DNA from: Antedon mediterranea
Lineage: Eukaryota > Animalia > Echinodermata
Assembly (NCBI RefSeq): GCF_964355755.1
Contig: NC_092671.1
Span: 14,074,001 to 14,138,000, forward strand
Direction: 5' to 3'
Length of the DNA: 64,000 nucleotides
Each line of letters begins with the position of its first letter. Position 1 is the stretch's first letter. This document shows, piece after piece, positions 13,299 through 26,374 of the stretch. Below the pieces are notes generated by a model. That model saw only the letters and a program-made list of their open reading frames with translations, had not been told where the DNA came from and did not search any database. A program made the translations under genes and the position numbers.

Positions 13299-16200
13299 TT
13301 TGAACAACATTTAGTTTAGTTTCCAAATAAATAGTAGTTTTGTCATATCAGTTTAGTATCAAAAACTAAGCCCCACTTTGTAATAAAATAACATGTTCTT
13401 TAATATGGAAACAAACTTTGAGCACTAAGATCTTCCGGAAAAAAAAGAAATCGCTTCCATCTTTAACGATTTGATACCTTGCTGATATACCAAAGAATAA
13501 ACCAAAGTAAAACAAAACAAAAATTTACTTTAAACAAAAACAGAAGAATTCATTTTTAAAATGTAATTGTACTGCAACTAATTTTCCTTGTAAATGCTGA
13601 GAATCAGCAGTAACAATAATATTATAAATTTGTGAATAAAATATTGTTACAATTTATGTAATATGACATTTAATTTACAGGCCATTAAGATCACTGGAAA
13701 ATCCGGAGTTTCTGAAACTCCTGTTGAACATGATTTGTGTGTTCTGAAATTATCAGTATTTTTTAAAAAGAAAGGTAAATACACATTGCTACTCTATTTT
13801 AGAGCTTAGTTGTGGATCTACCAATGATTATTAGTATAGTACCCAGAAACGTGGTATTATAGCAATATTGTATCATAGTTGTGTGGCTCCTTATCGACCG
13901 TTTAATATGTGGAAGAAATGATTTCCATGATGGGTGCCAGACCTTATCCGCCATGTGTGTGTGTTCGTTCAAAGAACAAAACATTGTTTAGGCTATACGT
14001 TTGTATGTTGAATGTAGTAGAAATAGCATTGTCAATCCAATCTAAGTTTCAATGCCGGATCTGGCTAGACATAGTAGATTACTAAATAAATCATTGAGAA
14101 TGTAGATGAGAAATACATGGTGTATATGTGTGTTTATTTACGTAGCTAAATTTTCAATCACATGAACTAATTGAGACAAAATAAACTGCATAATTCAGTG
14201 TCATTAAATTATTTGGCACTTTTTATTTTGGGTGCGACGGCGATCACGAAAAGGCCTTTAAAAAAATAGACATTTTTATTAAATATCAATCTTGCTTAAC
14301 TTTTGGTGATACACATGCATTCATAATATGGAAACAATTATTTTGAAAATTAGACAAATTAAAGATCCACCAACTAAATTGTATTAAGCACTTAACAAAT
14401 CAGAACTTAAGATGTATTGTTCACCAATAGTGACATCATTTGTTTTACAAACATTACAAAACAATACCTGCAGTGTGTGGGGGTGTTATGGGGTGTGTTT
14501 CCAATCAGAATAATTTCTTGATAAATTATTCAATCGTTCTTAACAACATAATCATCATTTCCCAAGCAAGGACATCATTTGCAACCTTTAACCATTGCTT
14601 GATTATTGCCACTTTAGTAAATCCCCTTCCCCCACCCCCTTTTTTTGTTTCCATGTTTATGTATGTTCAAGTGGGCTCTGTTTTACAGTAGTACACATCA
14701 ACAGTATTTGGTATTCAACAAACATTGATTTAAGTCTTGCAATATAAACAACTGTGTCTTAGTGGTTGAGATCCTAGCTTCACAATCCAGAGTCATTGGT
14801 TCAAATCAAAGGATTTTGCTGATAAATTTACACTACTGAAGCTTAATAATTCTGTTGGATGGTAATTTAAAAAAAAAAAAATGTGCAATTGAAATAAAAG
14901 TTATTTATGTAATCCCAATGTTTTAAAGAAGCGAGTAAGTTCACTACTCAATATAAAACATATCACTTTGCTTAAATATGCTACAAGCAAAGACTACTAT
15001 TAAGAGCATGGAACCTATTTCTGTATGGTAGGGGTACAGACAAAGGATATAATAAAATTCAGACTCTTTGTAGGCCTATAAATCTTTAATTTATGACAAA
15101 GAATGGTATATTAGTTGCCAACATACATAATATATTATTTATTGAGACAGCCAAATAGGTTAATGGTAAACTTTTCATTGGCCTACCAGTATGTTCTCTT
15201 TAACTAAGTCAGTATATGGGTGCAATATATTTTTGTATAGTGTCATATATACTCATTATTAATTATGGCAATGTATGACTTGATAATTCCAGGTACCAGC
15301 AGAACCAAAACTTCATCATAATTTTCGGGGGGAAACATTCATACATATTGTATTTATAAATAAAGAAGAAAGAAAGTTTTTTACCTTGGACCTACTTTGC
15401 ATTTTTGTGTATGGTTCTCATTGTAGTTTTTTACACCATCATACACAAATCACCCACAGAAATACAATAAACTTTTCAAGTTCTCATATAACTATCATGT
15501 TTGCATTTTGACATAGGCCTGTATAAATACTGTACGCTGAAAAAGGTGTCAGTGTGTGAGTCCCTAACTCAGAATTATTGAAGGGGAATCCCCTTCCAAT
15601 CTTAAATGCCATTTGAGCCATTTGATAAACTTTTCTGTTTTCTGTATTGCAATATTTAGAAATTGAGACAATATTAAACTACTATATTTGAAAATGGCGT
15701 CAACATAACACCCTAAAAATCCTGTATGTTTTAATGGTGCATATTATTATATTTTATTTATTTTATAAGTTGGCAGTATCCCAGGCCTATAATAAAGTAC
15801 AGTATCATGTAATATTTCAAAGTTTGCTATATATAGCATCCCTATTAATACCATTTTTACATCTACCTTAGATTTTACAAATTACAGAATTACAAATATA
15901 TATTTCTGACAAAGTGATAGGATGTAAGAAATGAAAAAAGATAAATATGTCACCACACCCTTTCATTTATGCACCAAAAATAATATCAGAAAAGCAGGAA
16001 TCACCCTTGCCTTGATACAGGAATGAATACAACGGTAGCCTACAATGTAAGTTAGTGGGATTGCCAGCCATGAGTATTATGTTAAGATCAATGTTTAAAT
16101 TTAAAAGGGATTGTTCTCCATCCAATCTCCTTCGCACTGCCTCCCTCCCCACCAAACCAGTCCCCATCATTCTGAATCACTTCAGATTATGTTCAGAACA

Positions 16201-16850
16201 AACATACAGTACAAACAAACAAACAATACATGTACAATTAGATTAGTTTTAGTAACATATTTCTGTAATGCTCTAACTTTTTTTTTGTAACAGATGTGAT
16301 TATAGGCTCCAGACAGAATTGATGGCATACTATAGAATTGGAATACAGTTGAGAAATAATGTATTATAAACATTAATCATTCATGTCACGCCACATATCC
16401 ATTTTTCTGTCTATCTATTTTTATCACATTGATATTTTATACATAAATGTCCTTGCGAAAGCAGCATACGCATTGTAACAATGTGTTTATGCATTATATT
16501 TTATTATGTCACCATTATATAGATTTTAAATCACTATTTATTTGAGAATATTGGATTATATTTCTCAATTTCCAAAATTATATTTTACACTCATATTTCC
16601 TAATTTTATTAGTTTCGTTTGATAATTTGTTTTATTTAATATTGGGTATTTCATTTTTACAGGCATTAGATTTTGGGAATTTCCCCTGTTTAACAATAAA
16701 TATGCATCTATAAAGAGAAAATGTATATTTGTTTTTATGCCATATTTAGTTGTATTTAATAATAAATTAAATTTAGAAGATAATTATATATATAATATAA
16801 AAAAATTTGAAACGATAAAAATGAGGAAATCTGTGAGAATGCGAAAAGGT

Positions 16851-16921
16851 CGCCCCAACCGAGACTCGACTCGGACCGCCTGCTTGATATGCAGATGTCC
16901 TAACCATTAGACCACTGGGGC
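16851..16921 (-). pseudogene. tRNA-like copy (anticodon ATC) with a 1-nt T-loop deletion
   Basis: Reverse complement of 16971-17042 lacking one T of TTCGA; followed by TTTT on the minus strand. Confidence 0.7.
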
Positions 16922-16970
16922 TTTCATGGTAAGAGTCGCTATCCAATCGAGTTTGAACAATACCATGAAA

Positions 16971-17042
16971 GCCCCAGTGGTCTAATGGTTAGGACATCTG
17001 CATATCAAGCAGGCGGTCCGAGTTCGAGTCTCGGTTGGGGCG
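16971..17042 (+). tRNA. tRNA-like gene, Asp/Glu-type scaffold, anticodon ATC (tRNA-Asp(AUC)-like; possibly a SINE head)
   Basis: Folds into a 72-nt cloverleaf: acceptor GCCCCAG/TTGGGGC, D arm GTCT-AATGGTT-AGGAC, anticodon arm TCTGC-ATATCAA-GCAGG, T arm CCGAG-TTCGAGT-CTCGG, discriminator G. TTTTT follows 2 nt downstream. Confidence 0.7.
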
Positions 17043-18022
17043 ACTTTTTCTCATTCTCACAGATTTCCTCATCTTTATCGTTTAAAATTAATTAATTAAA
17101 TTTCAGTATATCACCGGGCGGTTTAGAATTAATGTTCTTTGCCTGATTTGTTTATAATATATATATAATATATATAATTATGTTATTCATATAACAAAAG
17201 AGACTTAAAGATAATTTATAGTTTATCCATCTTGTAATTGGTCGAGTTATGAAGTATAACAAAATTTTGATTTGCTATTGAACAATAAGGACATTTATAA
17301 TTACATTGAAACTATAAAATAACACCATTTTCATGTAGTATGAGGGATGAAAGTGATAGCACCAATACCGAAATGATACCACATCTACTTCATTGCTCTT
17401 CATTTCTGCTCCTTTTACCTACAAAATTAATTAAAAAACTATACAAAAAAAACCTTTTAGTAATTATGACTCTACTGAAAATACATTAATCTATTTATAC
17501 ATTATATAAATATCATCATTCCTTGTGAGTGATTTATGTAGAGATCTCAGAAAGATCATCTATATATATATATATAGTTAATATGTTACAATACTAGCGT
17601 CTACCTGTTTATAACAATCTATTAATATCACATGATTTATTTTCAAATGCTTAATATGTTACATTTACAAATAGTTCTTTGAAAAACAACATTAACAAAA
17701 CAATGAAACATTATAGATGAGTATTTGAATACCAATGTGATTTAGTATTTGATTTGATAGAGTTATATCATGATTCAGAATATTTAACTAGTAATGAATT
17801 TAATATTTATTTATTAATTAATAAGATCTATTTTGTTAAGAATGGAAAAATGCAGTAACACTACAATTAGGATATATTGTCCCACTTTAGTTGAATTATG
17901 GTCCATGACTGAATAGTATTATAATCATAATATTTATTCATTATTCGGGGAAACAAATTATTTACCGGGGAGAGAATGAATAACTTGATTGAAGTTTGAT
18001 AAATTCATCTTTGACCCAAGCT

Positions 18023-18156
18023 TAAGCTCTGTCTGATGTTCCCAAATATGGTAGTGATATGCCCAAATATGGTAGTGATACAACATCATTATGTTCATAT
18101 ATGGGCACATCACATTTTTTTGTCATATAAAGTTTGATAGTGTAGACAGAGCTTTA
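18023..18156. mobile_element. MITE family A copy (TIR AGCTCTGTCTACACTATCAAAC)
   Basis: Shared core CCAAATATGGTAGTGATAT and right TIR AGTTTGATAGTGTAGACAGAGCT; six copies in the window. Confidence 0.85.
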
Positions 18157-19226
18157 GAGATGGTCACATTAATTCTGCTTCCTTTGCCCTCAGGAAAAGA
18201 CAATTAAAAATATATTGGTATAATATAGTGTACACCTACATGTTTCCAATTTATTTTTGCGATATAAAAATAGCTGTAAATTCTAGTTCTAACAATGCTT
18301 TTCAATTAAACCACATTTGTTCCATGTCTTCACCCTCTAATCATCCCTCAACCTCTTTTCATTATCAGTTTTTCACCACAGTAGTAGGCCTGTATTGTTC
18401 ACAAATCTATATTTCTATATTCCTAAATATATGCATAACAACGTAGATTTATCAAGAATAATTTTACTATAATGAATGTTTAATTTTCTTGTATAAGGCT
18501 TTACTTGTATAGCATGAGTGCAGACTCAGTTTGGGCTCAATCTTGGTTATTTTTCATTGGTGACTGAATAAATATTATTATTATAATAAGTATAATATAA
18601 TGCACAATATATATACTTTATAAGATGGATAAGTACTAATTACTTTATATATTTATTTGATGATCATATTATTATTATATTAAATTATACAGGCAATATC
18701 AATTATTGTATATGTAAAAAAATATAACTTTAGACCTATGTTATACTAGGCCTACTGGTGTGCATTCAATTCCTATTTAATATCTAACAATGATTAATTA
18801 GAAAACAGGTTTTTTATCACTATCTTTTGATTAGAAATGTCAGCTTAAGAATTGAACTTTTACCAAAAGACATTTTGGAAGTTTCCTTCATTAAATTTTG
18901 TTTAATTTTCTAATTAATTATTATTGTTTATTCCTACATAAGTAACTCTTTTTTTACTTTAAAGATATAGTACATTAATATTTTATTTATTTATTTGTAT
19001 ATATTTATTTTAAAGTGCATAGTCTTAAATTTACTGGCATCACTAAACTTACAAAGAGTTTTAGTCAAACATTTCATTTGAGAAACACTGGTTTCTCACA
19101 TTGAACTACATTTTGCTAACCCACTTTCACTGAGAGTGCAGCTGAAATATGCTGGTGGTTGTATATGTATAATTACAAAAAAATAAAAAATTATACAAAC
19201 AAAAAATATATATACGGTATATATAT

Positions 19227-19266
19227 ATGCACTGATGAAGGGCTAGTGTTGCCCGAAAGCTCAGCT
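19227..19266 (+). ncRNA. Penelope-type minimal hammerhead ribozyme motif
   Basis: CTGATGA (19232) - A - GGGC/TAGTGTT/GCCC stem II - GAAA - palindromic AGCT - C cleavage site; stem I is weak. Confidence 0.65.
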
Positions 19267-19441
19267 AATTTTGGATTCGTTTTTGATTTAGCTTATTTCA
19301 TTTTGTATCTCCATTGAGATCCAGCCACTGAAACCCACAGCATTGTCATTTTTCCAGTAATTTGCCTTTGGATTTATATATTATATTGTATATTTATCTG
19401 TGGCTGGATCTCAAAAGCAAAATTAGAATGATAAAGTAAAA

Positions 19442-19497
19442 CAGCCACTGAAAATAATTTGCAGTGGTTTCAGGTAACACCCTTCCTCAGCGAACTA
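19442..19497 (-). ncRNA. Second, degenerate hammerhead motif in inverted orientation
   Basis: Minus strand reads CTGAGGA-A-GGG/TGTTA/CCT-GAAA-CCACTG..CAGTGG; the canonical UH after stem III is missing. Confidence 0.4.
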
Positions 19498-20226
19498 CAT
19501 GTTGTATTTAAAATTGTGTAATTCTAATTGTCATTCTCTCAATTTATTTACACCTTGCTTTAACTAAGGAGTTAGTAACTCCTTGTTTCAACTTAATTGT
19601 AGGTGTAGTTAATTTCTATAGTATGTATACATATATGTATATGTCCACCCTGCTTCTTAGTTGACTTGCTTACATAAATATTTATGCTGCATCATATATT
19701 GTATAAACTACAGTAATGATATGGTGGGTGTTTTTGTTTTGCACTGCAATATTAAATTATATTCATAACTGTAATATTAAACTTTTGCATTTGACCTACT
19801 TTCATTTACCTTTTTTGAGTTGATGCAAAATATGATATACCGTTTGTATTTGAATAAATGCCCTGCTTTGAATAAAGGCCCTCTCCCCCCGCCATAGAAC
19901 ATCGTTTGGACTCCCCTGGGCATTTATTGTCATTCTTGATTAAACGGCCTGCCACATGCATATACTGTAAACATAATAATGTATTATAACACATTTCTAT
20001 TTGTATTTTTTCATGGATTACCAAGCATTAGTATACCATTTTGAATACATTTTATCACTTCTTGATATTATTGGGTTGTATTTGTCATAGGGGGAATTTA
20101 TTTGATTACATGTTACCATAATTACACCCAAACAAATAAATGCTTCCCTTAAAATAGGATCACAAACTTACCAAAACTAAACTATTCTGAAGAAAATATT
20201 AACAATTAAAATGGTTCAATAGGAGT

Positions 20227-20481
20227 GGAGTTGTGGCTTGGTGGTTATGATGCTTGTCTACCACTCCAAGGGTCCTGGGTTTAAGTCCCGTCACATGTCA
20301 GGACCAAATTACCCCACTCCCAAAGACTTGTAATAAGACTTTGTTTATGTAGAGCATCTTGTGTATATTATGTTTGTCTTGTGAACCTCTGAGGGTCCCT
20401 AATGATCAGCAACAGCTGGATGGATCATCACCCTCATTAAATATGGTTGTTAAAAAAAAAAAAATAAATAAATAAATAAAT
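20227..20481 (+). mobile_element. tRNA-derived SINE with A-rich tail
   Basis: A box TGGCTTGGTGG (20234), degenerate B box GGTTTAAGTCC (20278), ending in A13(TAAA)n. Related decayed heads lie at ~14751 and ~41890. Confidence 0.7.
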
Positions 20482-23400
20482 AGACAAAAAGAGAGAAAAA
20501 ATAGTATTGTTTCTTAAAATGTTGAAAAGATGATTCATAGAATTTGGTTTTTACATTGATTTAGTTGTGCAGTATTTAACGAGGGGTAGTGATTTTTAAA
20601 AGCTTGGCATTTCTCTCAAGCCTTCACTTTTTCGTTTTGGTCTTGTTTCAAATTTTAATATAAACAAAATTAATACAAATATAAAAAGTTTTGTTTTAAT
20701 TAAATTTAAAATATAGTTTTTCTATAACTATCATAAATTATTAAGTAAAATATTTTCAATAACAGAACGAATTTTGTTTTTTTTTCTCCAAAATATGTTT
20801 TTAAAAATATCTGTTTCATATTTTTGTGGTCAATATTTTATTGAAATTATTTATCCAAACTGTATATTGAATAAAATTATGAGTGAATTTGATTATATTA
20901 ATTAAAATCTTAAGATAATAATTAAAACATACCTATAGCTGTTTTAAACAATGGCAATAAACATATAGAAAATAACGACATTAATATGCTATTTTAAAAT
21001 TTGGCTTAAACTGTTTTCATGGTTTAGTCATTGTATTGCGATGACTAATGGCTTAACAGGGTGAACGACATGTATTATAATCATTCGAGATGTAATTATA
21101 TATTATAAATGTCATCAATCATTGGTGAGTGCTTTAAATATCATGTGATTTCATGTGGAATCATGATGGATAGCCGTCTGGCGAGCAGACAACGACTGGT
21201 CAACGATACCCAACATGACTTTAGGAGAAAATCTTTTTTTTTTAAATGGAATAAATAATTAATGTATTAATGTTTGGTATAGCATTTATTATTTTAACAA
21301 ATATAATTTTGTTACGTTTTTCTAGCTCAGAGCATTATTTAACAAAAACATGTACTGTTTACATTATAAGCAAAGCCATCTGTTATACAAATACTTTATT
21401 AAACAATGGGACACAAATAACGGCTAGACAATGTGTTCTTTGTTCCTATTGAACGACAAATCTATTCTTTGTTCTTATTAAATTAATATTATAGACATTT
21501 ATAAATATTATAAACTTTTACTAACATTATACCAATTAATAATTTATTGTGGTGTTATCGGAAATGCCAATTTGTCAAAACTAGTTTACCGCCTAGTCAA
21601 AACGTGGTATGATGACACAGCCGACCCATTCCTATCTACCCTTGAGTTTTAAAATGCAAAAAATAAAAATTAGTTCAGTTCAGTCAGCGCACTTGATTTT
21701 TAGCTTCTCCCCCATCCCCTCCTTCTCCTGCTCTACCTCTATTTTAAAATTCAGCATCCACCACTAAGACTCTTTTTCAAAGCATACACATAAACTATGT
21801 GACAAAATTACATAATAAAAATGTGTATTCCACAAGCACATACCCATCCCAATAATACCTGATGATTTTTAAATTGCTAGAACAGGCTTTGGATAGTAAC
21901 AATACAACAAAATAAGATACTTAATTCCAATTGTACCTGTAAAAGATTTAGGGTTCATAAGTAAATGAGCTCCAGCATGAAGAAAGCATTACTCGCTATA
22001 AAAACATAGACAGTTACAGGTAATAAAAACGATAATAAGGAAATATGAACCTAATTTAAATTAATTTCATAATTTATGAAAATACTGAACTGAAAAAAAC
22101 CCAAAAATATGAAAGATAAAGAAATTCTTAATGGAGAAATTCTACCTACCTGTTTAATATTAAATTAATAATTTTATCCTATATCTTTTTTTGCCTATGG
22201 TTAAAAATAAATTTAATATTCCATCTAATCTAGGGTTCAGTTAAATGATTTTTATACCAACATTTGAATTGAATTTATGATGCTACATATGTTCAATAAT
22301 TATTTTAGTTTATAAATATAATGTTTGCTGGTATTATGTGAAGGCAGACAGTCAGTTGTAAATCACTCTGAAAAGGATGTCAGTAAACAATAAATGAGTC
22401 TCCATAATGTCGTATTATATATAAATTTATGTCAATTTTATGCAAAATTATTATCCCCTATATATGGTTAATTGCTATCCAGTCTATACTGTTCTTGGTT
22501 GTTTTTTTAACAGAAACTCAGAATTTAAAAATCTGTATTACTGGAGAATATAAACTTATAATTACTTGTATAATAAATTAAATCAACTATTTTGTGTATG
22601 TTCCTATTGAATTTATATATAATTTTTATTTCAAAAATTATTTGAACTTTCTCAACTAATTAAACTAAAGGAAACTGAAGTGGTAGGCTAACTAATGAGA
22701 CAAGCAAAACAAAACACCAATTTAACAGTGGAAGAATTCAATGTATAAGAAAGTGAAACATCCGTAGTAAGACAAAGAAACGACATTATCAAATAACAAC
22801 CAACAGCCTATAACAGAAAATGCATTTTAACTAAATTGTGGAACGTGCAATATGGAAACAAATGAAAATAAACAAACACACCACACGGCAAGTGCAAAAT
22901 AAATTACAACTACAAAACAAAACCAAAGTTTTTTTTTTAAGATCAAACGTTGAATCACATCTTCCCTCTCATTATTTGGAGCATGGAGGTTATTGTTTTC
23001 TCCATTTTTGGAGTAAGTATTATATTATGTTACATTATCTTTGTACAGTATGTATTCATAATTTCTATTTTTAGTTTCCACATTTAATATATACAGTATT
23101 ACACTATTTTAGGGATAGGCTAATCTAAATACCAATATGATTAAAAATCGTTCAGCTATGTCACCACAAACCACATTTTTCTTGGTTGTCTCAAATTTTA
23201 GGTAAACTTATACAATGATGATCTTCTTAAATCACAGTATGGGTCAATAACAAAGGATATTAAATGCAGTATAATGCAATATAGAATGGAATTATATTAT
23301 TAATGTAGACATTAAAATGAACAAAACTAATGTTGTAAAACTACCAATATATATTCATTGACGCTCCTGAAGCACTACTGGTAGTGCTCATCACGTATGG

Positions 23401-23511
23401 TCTATGCACTGTGAACAATTACTGAAAAACGTCCGTATAACTAATGTGAACATTCTGCTGCATTACAGATGTACAGAAAGGGAGATAAATACTAGTCCTA
23501 TGGATTTTAAT

Positions 23512-23759
23512 TACCGTATATCCTCGGGTATAATCCCACTTCGAATCTAATCCCACCTCCTACTTTATGTCTGATTTGACAAAGAGTCATATCCCCAGGT
23601 ATAGTCCCACCCAGTATTGATTTTTGGTCTAGATTTAGGACCAGTTCAGATGTGTTTTTACAAGAAATGCTTACCCATTGTGTTTTTTCCCTGAACCAGG
23701 GTTTCCCCAGGTATAGTCCCACCCCCAAAGTGGGGTGGGATTATAGAGGATATACAGTA
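23512..23759. mobile_element. Tc1/mariner (pogo/Tigger-like) MITE
   Basis: TA|CCGTATATCCTC ... GAGGATATACAG|TA ends with repeated TATARTCCCAC subterminal motifs; related to 51869-52540. Confidence 0.75.
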
Positions 23760-24681
23760 CGGTATATACAAACGAAAACCTATGATTCGGCCTAAATATG
23801 GAGAACCATCTGTAACTCAAATAAATGACCCACACCAACCACAACAAAAAGCCCTGCTTCCGGTTTATCTTCAACAGTATGCATGTCAAAACACAGCAAG
23901 TGAAATAATGGCATAACAGCAAATGGTGGAGCGACATGTAAAAAACTACCAAAAGTTTCTATTTACTACGGAAATTGTTCATCATATAATATAAATAGAA
24001 ATATATAAATATTATATAAATAGCTTGGTATTATATAACAGGTTTTTTTTTCATGAAACATTACACTAAAAATAAAACAATAATATTGAATTTATTATCT
24101 TATTTTAATTATTAAACATGGCTTCCAAATTTGGTATTCATAGCATATCATTATTTACACATAAATATAGTTGCGATTCTACATAATAAAATATTAATTA
24201 CGAACATACACAGATCAGTTGAGAAAAAAAAAACCGTCATTCTACAAAAACGTTTTTTGATCAATGACGAAATTCTGTATGAAATAGAAATGTCAAAGTA
24301 TCCTTTTTGATATTTTTTTCTTTTTATGTTGTATGTAGAAACTTTTAGAACTCAATATTTTAGGTTTTTAGCTTCTTCACCACAGATCTGATATTTGGGT
24401 GGGTAGTAGGATTGAGTTCCTTAAGCATACGCTTACAAATAAATATAGTTATGTTGTAATGAAAAATAATGTTTCCCTATTTTAAACATTCTGCATTGGT
24501 ACAAAAACAAATATTGCTTGATCTAGTGACAAAAAAAACAGAACAGGTATATTTAATGTTCATATGGGCAGAATTTGTAAAAATTAAGCTATGCGATTAA
24601 GCATAATGTACATCAAAATATGTATGCTTCTCTGAAGTAATGAGATATAACTGTGCAGACCATCATGCACTTGTATATAAC

Positions 24682-25087
24682 TATGGAAGGCAATCACCGC
24701 CAAAAATACAATTACAATTATATTTGTGGAAATATACAACGTAGTTGCAGAAACGTACAACGTAGTCGCAGAAACATACGTGACGTACTTGAAGAAAAGG
24801 ACAACAAAAAAACATTCACAAAAACGTACGTGTTCGCAGAAACAGACAAACACAAAAACGTACAACGAAGTCGCGAAAATGAATGCGCAGAAAATAACCA
24901 TGGAATCGTTCATTAAATAAAGAGTATAGACATTTAGGATGAAAATAGTATAATATTCAATCAAAGATAAGATAACGTTTTTTTCTCTTTATTATATAGA
25001 TGCACCTTCCTCTGCGAGTACGTTGTATATTTCCACGAATAGATTGTATGTTTGTAATTGTAGTTTTGGCGGTGATTGCCTTCCATA
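24682..25087. mobile_element. MITE with ~60-bp TIRs (TATGGAAGGCAATCACCGCCAAAA...)
   Basis: 24682-24743 is inverted at 25018-25087; TA flanks; internal AACGTACAACGTAGTCGCAGA repeats. Confidence 0.85.
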
Positions 25088-26260
25088 TATTACATGATTT
25101 TAAAGTTGAAAAAAACTCAAATAAACCAACATACGATTCAAACAAAAATCGGTGTCTTTTCTTTCCCTGCGGACTGTACATGCAGAAAAGGTGTAAATTC
25201 AAAGAAATTCTGAAATACTCAAAATGATAAATGTACGATAACATCATTTTGACACAATGTTACACACGTATACCACGTTATATGTTACAAGAAATATGCC
25301 ATGTACGAATTTGCTAGCTGGTTGTGAATATACATATGATGAAAAATGTGATTATACATTGTGCATGAAAAGATCAGTAAAAAGTCACAAAAAAAAAACT
25401 TTTGAAAAACTCTTTAAACGAATGTGTGTGTGAAAATACTCATAGTAAAAACAATTTGTCATATTCTTCATATTGCAGGTGAATAAGATGTCAGAATATG
25501 TTTAGTCTTAATAAACAAAGAAATAGATCACTTACAATTCCAGTAAAAAATGACATCTTGTTATATAATATTCAGTGCTAGAAGCAGCGACAATAATGAG
25601 TACAATTAATCAAAATTATATTTGTTTTCAAACTGTCTACAATGAATGATCGTAATGACGTTTACATAACTGTAAAACATTAGATGAGGCAAGATAGTAA
25701 CAACAGGGGCAATGAATATCAATTTGAACATTAAAACATCAAACTTATAATAAAAAATGTATACATAATTACAAAAATCATCAACTAAATTATAAACTAA
25801 TTTCTAAAATATAAAATAACATTAAGTAGATAGATATAAATACATGAAAGAACAGATAATTATATAAAAAGTTAAAATATTAAGCTAATCCTAATCAAGA
25901 CAAATTATAAACACATGCATCATCCAAACCTTAGTACATGTAAAGGCATCATAATCAATCAAATCAAAAACATTAAATTATAACAAACATTATTTAACAT
26001 TATTTTTTCCCATAAACTACCTGCAGAAACATACTGATTGACTGTAAACATTTAAAAGTTGTTTTTGCTTAACACAAGTCTTTTCTTTTTATTTCCCATA
26101 TGTAACATTTATCTTCAGGATTCACCTGCACTCAATCCCAGTTTAATCTGCAAGATCATCACACTTTAGAATCAATTATTATAGTTTGATTTAGGAGTAA
26201 AAAACTAGCTGTTGTTACTCCTTCAATGGCTTATATTGTTTAAATAACTCATCATAATGC

Positions 26261-26374
26261 TAAGCTTTGTCTACACTACTATTAAACAAGTTTGACAACA
26301 AATGTGTTATGCTTAAATATGGTAGTGATATTGCCTCATCACATTGTTTGTCACATAAAGTGTAGACAGAGCTT
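26261..26374. mobile_element. MITE family A copy (internally deleted)
   Basis: AAGCTTTGTCTACACT ... AGTGTAGACAGAGCTT ends with the AAATATGGTAGTGATAT core. Confidence 0.8.

Larger units (their letters stand above)
16804..17089. repeat. Long inverted repeat (arms ~128 bp, spacer 29 bp) containing two tRNA-like genes
   Basis: 16804-16931 is the near-perfect reverse complement of 16961-17089. Confidence 0.95.

Noticed and set aside
14751-14810. tRNA-like A/B boxes (also ~41890-41950)
   Set aside because: Do not fold into a cloverleaf; they look like decayed SINE heads.
15967-16246. Possible reverse-transcriptase fragment
   Set aside because: Resemblance to RT motifs is too weak to support without a search.
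24584-25247. Cluster of 64-126 aa ORFs on both strands
   Set aside because: They overlap a MITE with low-complexity internal repeats and show no recognisable domain.
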